Source: Catajapyx aquilonaris (taxonomy: Eukaryota). From it: DNA of 64,000 nucleotides. The DNA lies in NCBI GenBank assembly GCA_000934665.2, contig JYFJ02001669.1, positions 1 through 64,000 on the forward strand. Reading direction: 5' to 3'. A model generated the notes under the pieces. It was not told where the DNA came from. It worked only from the letters and a program-made list of their open reading frames with translations, and did no database searches. Positions 41,185 through 51,277 of the stretch are shown piece by piece. Made by a program: the position numbers and the translations under genes. Every line of letters starts with the position of its first letter. Within the stretch, counting starts at the first letter, position 1.

Positions 41185-41565
41185 ACTGATGTAATTCATG
41201 TAATGTAATTGACATAATTCATGTCATGTAATCACTAATGTAATTCATGTAACGTAATAACTGATGTAATTCATGTCAAGTAATCACTAATGTAATTCAT
41301 GTAACGTAATAACTGATGTAATTCATGTCAAGTAATCACTAGTAATGTAATTCATGTAATAACTGATGTAATTCATGTGATGTAATTCATGTAATGTAAT
41401 TCATGTAATGTAATAACTTGATGTAATTCATGTAATCGCTTCAAACTTCTTGAAGTAATTCGTGTAATGCAATCACTTCTTAAAGTAATTCATGTAATGC
41501 ACCTTAAAGGTAATTCATGTAATGTAATCACTTCATGTAATTCATGTAATCACTTGAAGTAATTT
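41185..41565. repeat. TGTAATTCATGTAA-based minisatellite
   Basis: Direct read. Confidence 0.9.
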
Positions 41566-42611
41566 ATCCCTAATAAATTATGAGGCGTCACTTTGCATTG
41601 TTAATGAATTTACCTGGAGTGAATAGGATGTAGGGACTGGCCACTGGAGCATCAATTATTCAAATGTGTAAAAATGTACCTATAGGTTTAAATTTTTTTT
41701 TTTTTGCACGTATTGTTTTCATGTATGTGCAGTATACTGGCCCCTGGTTTTTGTTTTTTTAATTCCCTTTTTTTACCTTGGCAGCAGGGCAGCGCCCTCA
41801 GAAAGGAGACTGCCACCCTCGCCACGACGCCTTCGGAGCTTCCGTATCCAGTCCCCCAGCCTCCCTGGACTGCCTGCCAATTTCCTTTCCTCTCCCTACT
41901 CTCCCCCACTTCCCTATGTATTTTTTTTCTCTCTCTCTCTCTCCAACCCTCCTCCTCTCCTCCCCCTTACTGATCAATAAACTGGGACAGGAGCAGCCCC
42001 TCCAAAAATATTCAAAGAGACGCGCACAAAATAAAAGCCCGACTACGCCCATTTTGGGCCTCATACAAAAGGGATGGCACGTGCTAATGGGAGGCCAGCA
42101 CGCGTTGTGGCAGACTGTGGGTTCGCCCCGGGTCGCTGCCCCTGGGCCGGAAAAAATATATCGAAAAACGGGGCGACTTCTGCGCATCATAAAGAGCGCC
42201 AGACGCCATATTGGGTCCAGAGGCGTCGCCCCATTTTGTATCCGGTCAGGGCGCCGCCATTTTGAATCCCACTGTTGCCATAATGTGACTTCATAATTTC
42301 ATACGGATCATAATTAAAAAGCGGTCCCATTTTTATTTTTGGGCATTGCCCACGTTTCCCAAATGGATGATTGTCAGCAACAGCTGCGCACACAACATGG
42401 CAACGCAGGATGAGCCGCGCCATTCCGCCGCAGTGGCGCCACTTCCGTCCTCCCCCCCCCCCCTTCTCGCCCATTTTTTAATTTTTAATTTCTTTTTCTT
42501 TTTTCCTTTCGCAGCTGTCACTTCCGCGATTCAATTTTTTCCCCTCTTTCTTTCTCTTCTCAACACACACGATTTTTCCCATCACTTTTTTTTTTGCTAT
42601 GCCATTAACCT

Positions 42612-42618
<7 letters not shown>

Positions 42619-42664
<46 letters not shown>
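42619..42664. repeat. (GA)n microsatellite
   Basis: Direct read. Confidence 0.95.
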
Positions 42665-42667
<3 letters not shown>

Positions 42668-42871
42668 CTTTTCCGGTCCACAAACCCCCATAAAAATTGT
42701 GCTCATCATAATCGTTCACTCTAGCAAACCAACTGTTTTAAAATAATCGCAGCAACTGTTGCTGGGCTGTGGGGGGAGAGGGGGGGGGGGGGCCAACAAT
42801 ATTTCGTGCAGACCTGAACAGGTGAAAAAAAGGGGGGAAAAAGCAACAATGAAAATAAAAACTTTCTCCCA

Positions 42872-44255
42872 ATCTCCTATACATATATAAAAGGCAAAGG
42901 TTGTTTGCTTTGTTTGTCCATGGCAACAGGCAAACTAAAAAAAATATATCGTTTTTTTTTTTTTGGTTCATTTGTCCATGGCAACAACTTGTTTGTCCAT
43001 ATCTATGGCTATAATGTTGTCCGTGGCAGCAGGTTAGCATGGCTTCCAAAAACAACGGGTGGAATTTTCGTCGTACTACATACTAGTTACTGCTGACTTA
43101 GCATTACCATTGAACTGCAGTGGGACGGCTAAGTTAGAAGTAACTAGTAGTACGGCGCAAATTCCACCCAATGATTTTGGGTTGTTTGTCCACAGGGGCG
43201 ACAGTATCGTTTGTTCTTCCATGGCAACAGGTAGCAATTGGTCGGCAAGGCATCCAAAAAAACAAGGACTTTGTTTATTTTGTACACGACAACGGCTATA
43301 TTTGTGCAACAGGTTAGCATGAAAAAGCAAGGATTTTGTTAGTTAGTCAATGGCAATTGCTACATGTTGGCTTGTCCATGGCAACGAGTGACCTCCATCA
43401 TCCATCCAAAAGACAACGGCTTGATTGGTTTTGTTTGTATGTCCATGCTCACTGTTGTATGTCCATGGCAATAGCTACAGGCTACGTTGGTTTGTCCATG
43501 GCAACGGGTCGCCATGGCATACAAAAAACAAGGATTTTGTCAGTTTGTCTGTGGCGGCCTGTTGCGATGGAAGAACCAGACAACTGTTGCCATGGACAGA
43601 CAAAATACATTGTTTTTCACACCATGTTAACCTATCGCCATGGTCAAACAACTGCTGCAACCAACAAACTGACATTATCCTTGTTTTTGAATGCCATGGC
43701 GACCCGTTGCCATGAACAGACAAAAACAATCAATTTTTTATGCCATAGCATCCAAAAACAAGGCGATTGTCAGTTTGTTCATGGCAGCGGTTGTTTGTCC
43801 ATGGCAAATGGCTATATGTTGGTTTGTCCACAGTGACAGGTTAACATGGCATCCAAAAAAAAAGAAAAAAGAAAACTTTTTCTAGTCAGTCCATGGCATC
43901 GGGTCGCCACTGACAAACTGAAAGAATCCTTGTTTTCGGATGCCATGGTAACCAGTCGCAACGGACAAACCAACATACAGACATTGAAATGGACAAACCG
44001 ACAAAATCCTTGTTTTTGGATGCCACGCCGACCCGTTGCCGTGGACAAACCAACACAGCCTATAACCATTGCCGTGGACAAACAACCGTTGGCATGGACA
44101 AACAGCCGTTGGCATGGACATACAACAGTTGTTTGTCCATGGCAATGGCTGCATGTTTGTTTGTCCATGGCGACAGGTTACCATGGCGTCCCCAAAGGTT
44201 GTTTGTTTGTCCATGGCAACAGTTGTCTGGCTCTCGCATGGCATCCAAAAACTAA
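42872..44255. repeat. Array of TTTGTCCATGGCAAC motifs in alternating inverted blocks, with a Helitron-like left end
   Basis: Dozens of TGTCCATGGCAAC / GTTGCCATGGACA and GGCATCCAAAAA motifs. The left end TCTCCTATACATATATAAAAGGCAAAGGTTGTTTG resembles Helitron 5' ends at 12.8-14.3 kb. Confidence 0.75.
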
Positions 44256-45956
44256 ATGACTGATTCTTGTCGATTCCATTACCATGTCCAGCCTTAACCC
44301 GGCTGATGAAGACACAAGAGTTGTCGGGGGGCTACCTTGGCGATATCATCGTACGAAGGACATGACTACTGCACTTGCAATGGGTCTTATCGCAGTTAGG
44401 TTGCGGTTGTCTTTTATGGGGACATTTAAGCTGTTGTCCAGGCTGGCAATGACAAACTGCGGAATTCCTTACGGTGAACCTGACCCGTTCCAGAACCGGC
44501 CCACTTGCCAGTGAATGCCACGATTGGTGTTGGCTACACTGTCGATGGTGGTCTGGTTCTGGAACGGGTTCGAGTGTCTTCTGCAGTGTGTTACCTGCTG
44601 TCTTCCTCTTCTTCTTCTAACCCCAGTCAGGGCGGGACTGGACGTGTCTCCCCATGGCCGCTGCTATCCCCAGCAGCTGAGGAATCGCCCCCCACAGGAA
44701 ACTCTTTTGCGGTCTGGAACACACTATCCACACAGGATGCTGCAACCCCACCCTTTTTCCAGGCACTCACCCGACGCGTACGGCACTCGCGGTACTCCCG
44801 TGTGCGGTGTACACAGCAGCTGCAACACACTGGAGAGGGAGGGAGACGGAAAATGGAACGACTTTTGACGAGTCGACGTCACACACATTCACATACGGGG
44901 GAGGAGAGGAAGAGAATGAAAAAGAGAGAGAGAGAAAAAAAAAGAACGAATAAAAAAAAAAATGACGCGAAGGGAACGGGTGACCACAAAAACCAACATG
45001 GCCGACGCGGTCCGTTCCCTTCCACATCACAAAAACAAAAGGAACGGAACGGAATGGCAGAAGGAACGGAGGACTGAGAGCGCCAATCTTATTTTTTTAA
45101 AAAAAATACACAATCTGACAATATTGTACAGTAAAAATTATTTATTTCAAAATTTAACCCTGTCGTGTACAGTACATTTCGCATAGAATTAGCTCCAGAT
45201 CTTCCTTACTTATGCAACAGTGCCTTTGGAGCAACACATCGTACATTAAAGTGAGTAATAATCACAGGGAAATTACATAACCGCCCTCTTTACAAAATGG
45301 CTGGATTAAGTGTTATTTTCTCCTGGAATCAGTCAGGGGAATTGCGCGGGTTATTGCATTCTATTGTTACAGGAAGTGTACAGGCACGTAACTATTTATG
45401 ATCACTCTCACCACATTTAGTGAGGAAAATAATTCAGGTAACTTAAAAAAGTTACTCAGTCTTATTAGTCACCCATATATGGACGGTGTTATGAAATAAT
45501 GAGTCAACCCCATTCGACATACTCCCTTGAGCAGCCAATCCCATCCAAGCACTCTGAGAAACCGTATGTATCTTCATAGCGTAATGTCGGGGATCAGTGG
45601 AGCCCACCTGTTGGAGGGGAGGGTACTACCATTTAATATGGGTTATTGCAAAAATATCCGATAGGCTTGCAGCAGGTTGCAATAACCAATTGACCCCCTT
45701 TTTGGCCATCTGACATGCTCCACCATGGCTTTGGCATGGTAGTTTTCATGCTACAGCATCCATGGCATGCCAAACAATATGTAGGGACCGGAAGGGACAT
45801 GCCTTGGCCACTGATTTAATTTTGCAGGTGTAACATTCAAAGCCCTTTTCTCCAAACTGGTCTCATGTGGGTTGACTCATTATTGCATAACACCCTTTGT
45901 ATGTAAATGAAAATTGAAAATGAACCCACTCAGTTGCGTTCTAAATAGTGACCGAT

Positions 45957-47528
45957 CTACATGGCCATGTCCATCTTTGTTGCACGAGTGGCTGGATGGT
46001 CATGACCCAGGACTTTTTCCCTCTTTTCCAAAACCTCCCTGAATGCCTGCAATGCTTCCTCGTTCTTCCCTTGCTTCCCTAGCACCTTTGCTATGTTATT
46101 CTTTGTCCTAAGAGTGTCCGGATGGTCACGACCCAACACTTTTTCCTGCTTATTCAAAACCTCCCTGTATGCCCGCAAGGCTTTGTCGTGTTTCCCTTGG
46201 TTTTCGAACACTAGGGCCATGTTCATCTTTGTCTTAAGAGTGTCTGGATGGTCATGACCCAAAACTTTCTCCTGCTTATCCACAACCTCCCTGTATGACC
46301 GCAACCTTGCGGTCAAGTCCTTGGACTTGTTGTAATTTCCTTGCTTCTGTAGCACTGTTTCTACACTATGCTTTGTGCTAAGAGTGTCCGGATGGTCATG
46401 ACCCAATACTTTTTCCTGCTTATCCAAAATCTGTCTCAATAACAGCATGGCTTCCTCATACTTCCCTTGGTCACCCATCACATTGGCCATGTTTGCCTTT
46501 GTTCTAAGAGTGTTTGGATCGTCATGACCCAACATTTTTCCCCTCTTATCCAAAACCTCCCTGTATGCTTGCAAGGCTTCATCCCACTTCCCTTGGTTAT
46601 ATAACACATTGGCCATGTTCATCTTTGCCCCAAGAGTGTCCGGATGGTCAAGACCCAACACTTTTTCCATCTTATCCAAAACCTCCCTGGATGCCCGCAA
46701 GGCTTGGTCGTAATTGCCTTGCTGCCGTAGCACCGCTGCCATGTTATTCTTTGTCCTAAGAGTGTCTGGATGGTCATGACCCAACACTTTTTCCTGCTTA
46801 TCCAAAACCTCCTTGTAAACACACAGGGCTTCCTCATAGTTTCCTTGATTCTGTAGCACATGTGCTATGTTATGCTTTGTGCCAAGAGACTCCGGATGGT
46901 CATGACCCAACACTTTTTCCTGCTTATCCAAAACCTCCCTGTATGCCCGCGAGGCTTCATCGTACCTGCCTTGGCAATCGAACACGTCGGCCATGTTCAC
47001 CTTTGTCCGAAGAGTGTCCGGATGGTCATGACCCAACACTTTTTCCTGCTTATTCAAAACCTCCCTGTATGCCTGCAAGGCTTTGTCGTAATTTCCTTGC
47101 TTCTCTAGCACCTGTGCTATGTTATTCTTTGTGTAAAGAGTGTCCGGATGGTCATGGCCCAAAACTTTTTCCCTCTTTTCCAAAACCTCCCTGGATACCC
47201 GCAAGGCTTCCTCGTAATTTCCTTGATTCTGTAGCTGTAGTGCCATGTTATTCTTTGTGTTCAGAGTGTCCGGATGGTTATGACCCATCACTTTTTTCTG
47301 CTTATCCAAAACCTGACTGAATAACCCAAGAGCTTCATCGCTCTTCCCTTGGGCACCTAACATGCTGGCCACGTTCATCTTCATCCCGAGAGTGTCCTGA
47401 TGGTCATGGCCCAGCACTTTTTCCATCTTATCTAAAACATCCCTGAAAATCTGCAATGCTTCGTCGTGCTTCCCTCGGTTATATAGCATGGAGGCCATGT
47501 CCATCTTTGCGCTAAGAGTGCCCGCCAT
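45957..47528 (-). CDS. TPR-repeat protein A (about 12 x 42-aa kinesin-light-chain/nephrocystin-3-type TPRs), intronless ORF
   Basis: 126-bp repeats encoding LGHDHPDTLxTKxN(M/I)AxVLxxQGxY(D/E)EALxxYREVLDKxEKV. First AUG at 47528. Upstream 5' exon with GT donor at about 47913. Confidence 0.9.
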   Translation of the reverse strand: MAGTLSAKMDMASMLYNRGKHDEALQIFRDVLDKMEKVLGHDHQDTLGMKMNVASMLGAQGKSDEALGLFSQVLDKQKKVMGHNHPDTLNTKNNMALQLQNQGNYEEALRVSREVLEKREKVLGHDHPDTLYTKNNIAQVLEKQGNYDKALQAYREVLNKQEKVLGHDHPDTLRTKVNMADVFDCQGRYDEASRAYREVLDKQEKVLGHDHPESLGTKHNIAHVLQNQGNYEEALCVYKEVLDKQEKVLGHDHPDTLRTKNNMAAVLRQQGNYDQALRASREVLDKMEKVLGLDHPDTLGAKMNMANVLYNQGKWDEALQAYREVLDKRGKMLGHDDPNTLRTKANMANVMGDQGKYEEAMLLLRQILDKQEKVLGHDHPDTLSTKHSVETVLQKQGNYNKSKDLTARLRSYREVVDKQEKVLGHDHPDTLKTKMNMALVFENQGKHDKALRAYREVLNKQEKVLGRDHPDTLRTKNNIAKVLGKQGKNEEALQAFREVLEKREKVLGHDHPATRATKMDMAM

Positions 47529-49297
47529 CTCTATCTGATGATGTTGCCTTGAGGAGTCCTTCCCCCTTATCCACACTCAACACACGATGACGACCCTTGG
47601 AATCCTCCGTCCCCGTCGCTTCCTCTTTGCCTCCAATACGGCCACTTGATCCTCGTCACACGTGGTCCTGCTCACTGAAGTGCTGCCCTGTCCTTTTCCT
47701 ACCCCGAGTCTTTTCCGATCAGTATTTGTGGGGTGTCCAAGTCGAGTCCTGCAGTGGTCCCACTGGATGACTCTTCTCCGTGTTCACCTGTGACGATTTG
47801 CTTCTCTTGAAGGGAAGTCAAGGCAACCTGAAAGAGCACATTAATTTCAACCTAAAGTCATTGTTGACCAGTAGTGTTTTATCCAGGAAGGGAGAACAGC
47901 TGGATCATATTTACCTGAGTGGAATGCCGCCCAGAATTTTCATCAGTTTATGACGGCCGTGGTGTACGGAAAGACTTTTGACGAAATGACGAGTCGAAGT
48001 CACACACACATTAACCTACGAGGGTGGCCAGAAAGTGAATGAAAAAGGGGAACGACGGACCAACATGGCCGACATGGTCCGTTCCCCCACCCACATCATA
48101 AGAACAAAGGAACGGAACGGCATGGCAGAAAAAGTGCTAATTTTTATGCTGAATGAGCCATTGCAGTGGAAAGATAAATTTAAAGTATATTCACCGACTT
48201 CTTATGTGGTAGAAATCAAAGTTTACTGCATGAAAAACACTACATTACCGTACTTGTTTAATTACGAAGGGTTTATGTGGAGCCTCGCAGAACAGCACTC
48301 CCGCCAAATTGAGAAAAATACATATGTATGTGAAAATGCTCTTAACATTTCTTCAAAAATAAAAAAAATGCACAACCTCACAATTTTGTAGAAATCATTT
48401 ATTTTAAAATTTAACCCTTGTTGTATACAGTACATTTTGCATAGAATTAGACCCAGATGTTCCTTACTTATGCAGCAGTGCCTTTGGAGCAACACATCAT
48501 ACATTCAAGTGAGTAATAATCACAGTGAAATTACAAATAACCGCCCTCTTACAAAATGGCTGGATTAAGTGTTATTTTCTCCTGGAATGAGTCAGGGAAA
48601 TTGCGTTACTTATTGCGTTCCATTGTTACATTAAGTGTACAGGCAAGTAACTATTTATGATCACTCTCGCCACATTTAGCGCAGAAAATTATTCAGGCAT
48701 TTTAAAAAATTATCTTATTCCGTCTTACTAGCTACCCATATATGGACGGTGTTATGCAATAAAGAGTCAACCCCATTTGACATACTCCCTTGCAGCAAAT
48801 CCCATCGCAGGACTCTGAGAAACCGTATGTATCTTCATACCATAATGTCGGGGATCGGTGGAGCGCCCTGTTGGAGGGGAGGGTTATTTATTATGGGTTA
48901 TTGCAGAAATATTGGATAGGCTTCAGTTTGCAATAACAAATCACCTCTCTTTTTGGCCATCTGACATGCTCCACCATGGCTTTGGCATGGTAGTTTTCAT
49001 GCTACAGCATCCATGGCGTGCCAAACAATATGCAGGGACCAGCAGTAGGGACATGCATTGTTCCGCGCCTTGGTCGCTGATGTAATTTTGCAGGTGTAAC
49101 ATTCAAAGCCCTTTTCTCAAAACTGGTCTCATGTGGGTTGACTCATTATTGCATAACACCGTCTGTATGTCAATGAAAATATATTGAAAATGAAAAAAAA
49201 ACTCGATTGCATTCTCAATAGTGACCGATCTACATGGCCATGTTCATCATTGTTGCAAGAGTGTCTGGATGGTCATAACCCAGGACTTTATCCCCTC

Positions 49298-50281
49298 TTA
49301 TCCAAAGCCTCCCTGGTATACCTGGAAGTCTTCCTCGTAATTTCCTTGCTTCCCTAGCACCATTGCCATGTTCATCTTTGTCGTAAGAGTGTCCGGATGG
49401 TCATGACCCAACACTTTGTTCTGCTTATCCAAAACCTGCCTGAATAACTGCAAGGCTTCACCGTAATGTCCTTGATTCTGTAGCGCCATTGCTATGTTCA
49501 TCTTTGTGCAAAGAGTGTTCGGATGGTCATGACCCAGCACTTTTTTCTGCTTATCCAAAACCTGACTGAATAACCCCAGGGCTTCATCCCACTTCCCTTG
49601 GTCACCTAACACGTTCGCCATGTTCATCTTTGTGCCAAGAGTGTCCGGATGGTCATGACCCAACACTTTTTCCTGCTTATCCAAAACAACCCTGTAAACA
49701 CACAAGGCTTCATCGTAATTCCCTTGAATCTGTAGCACCCCTGCCATGTTACTCTTTGTGGTAAGAGTGTCAGGATGGTCATGACCCAACACTTTTTCCC
49801 TCTTATCCAAAACCTCCCTGTAAACACGCAAGGCTTCGTAGTGCCTGCCTTGGTTACCTAACACGTTGGCCATGTTCATCTTTGTCTTAAGAGTGTCCGG
49901 ATGGTCATGACCCAACACCTTTTCCTGCTTATCCAAAATCTCCCTGTATGCCCGCAAGGCTTCATCGTACCTGCCTTGGTCATCTGACACTTTGGCTATG
50001 TTACTCTTTGTGCTAAGAGTGGCCGGATGGTCATGACCCAACACTTTTTCCATCTTATGCAAAACCTCCCTGTAAACACACAAGGCTTCCTCGTAATTTC
50101 CTTGACCCCATAGCACCACCGCTATGTTAGGCTTTGTGCTAAGAGTGTCCGGATGGTCATGACCCAAAACTTTTTCCCTCTCATCTAAAACGTCCCTGAA
50201 AATCCGCAACGCTTCGTCGTGCTTCCCTTGGTTATGTAGCCCGGAGGCCATGTCCATCTTTGCGCTAAGAGTGCCCGACAT
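49298..50281 (-). CDS. TPR-repeat protein B (paralog; 7 full repeats, +1 frameshift in the 8th)
   Basis: Same repeat as copy A. GTATACCAGGGAGGC carries an extra base relative to the consensus GTATACAGGGAGG. The paralogous end (…ATGGCCATGTAG) persists out of frame to about 49227. Confidence 0.85.
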   Translation of the reverse strand: MSGTLSAKMDMASGLHNQGKHDEALRIFRDVLDEREKVLGHDHPDTLSTKPNIAVVLWGQGNYEEALCVYREVLHKMEKVLGHDHPATLSTKSNIAKVSDDQGRYDEALRAYREILDKQEKVLGHDHPDTLKTKMNMANVLGNQGRHYEALRVYREVLDKREKVLGHDHPDTLTTKSNMAGVLQIQGNYDEALCVYRVVLDKQEKVLGHDHPDTLGTKMNMANVLGDQGKWDEALGLFSQVLDKQKKVLGHDHPNTLCTKMNIAMALQNQGHYGEALQLFRQVLDKQNKVLGHDHPDTLTTKMNMAMVLGKQGNYEEDFQVYQGGFG

Positions 50282-51277
50282 CTCTATCTGATGATGTTGC
50301 CTTCAGGAGTCCTTCCCCCTTATCCACACTCAACCCCCGATGACGACCCTTCGAATCCTCCGTCCCCGTTGCTTCTTCTTTGCCTCCAATACTGCCACTT
50401 GCAAATGACGTGTCACCCTCGTCACATGTGGTCCTGCTCACTGGAGTGCTGTCCTGTCCTTTTTTTTCTGATGAATATTTGTGGGGTGTCCAAGTCGTGT
50501 CCTGCAGTGGCCCCACTTGATGACTCTTCTCCGTGTTCCTGGATTAGCTTCGATTGAAGGCAACCTGAAAGCGGCAAGTGCACGTCTTCAATTCGCTTCA
50601 GCCACAAATCTTCGTTAAAAGGTAAAGAACGACCTATATAGTCCTATATTTCATATCTCCTCGGGTTTGAAATTTGTGAACTAAACCCACAGTACTTCCT
50701 GGAATTCTCATTATTAAATATTTCAGGAAGGACGACCAGTTAGGCTTGTAATTATTTCCAGAAATTGCTGAAGATTGTCATGCATAACCAAAAGTTATAT
50801 TTGACCAGTGTTTTTTCCAGACGGGAGAAGATATGGTTCATATATTTACCTGAGTGGAATGCCGCCCAGAATTTTTAGTCAGTTTGTGATGGCCGTGGTT
50901 TATGGAAAGAGGCTGGAAGGGTCTTCTGACGAGTCGAAGTCACCCACATTAACGTACGAGGGAGGACACAAAGAGAATGAAAAAGGGGAACGACGGACCA
51001 ACATGGCCGACACGGTCCGTTCCCCCACCCACATCATAAAAACAAAAGGAACGGAACGGAAATGGCAAATGAGAAAATGAAATCGCAATTTGTAATGGTT
51101 TTTAATTTCTGTACGGAGTACTGAGGAGAAATCCAGTAAAGGTATAAATGGTCGAAATGCACTTCATGACGGTGGGGATCTGTGTTCAAAATTTCGAAAC
51201 TCTATCTTTCGTGTAACTTGAGTTATGGCGAATTTAAAAAACAAACAAACATAATACGCACAGCAACATCCTGCGAT

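Larger units (their letters stand above)
44860..51070. repeat. Tandem segmental duplication (about 3-kb units) with a promoter module in three copies
   Basis: 45090-45960 aligns with 48360-49230, and 47530-47830 aligns with 50280-50570. The module CCAACATGGCCGAC.CGGTCCGTTCCC...GGAACGGAACGG occurs at about 44990, 48060 and 50998. Confidence 0.9.

Noticed and set aside
43336..44263. Multiple Cys/His-rich ORFs
   Set aside because: Artefacts of the CCATGGCAAC repeat array, open in several frames on both strands.
45957..47528. Kinesin light chain ortholog
   Set aside because: No N-terminal heptad region, about 12 near-identical repeats instead of 6 divergent ones, intronless ORF and tandemly duplicated.
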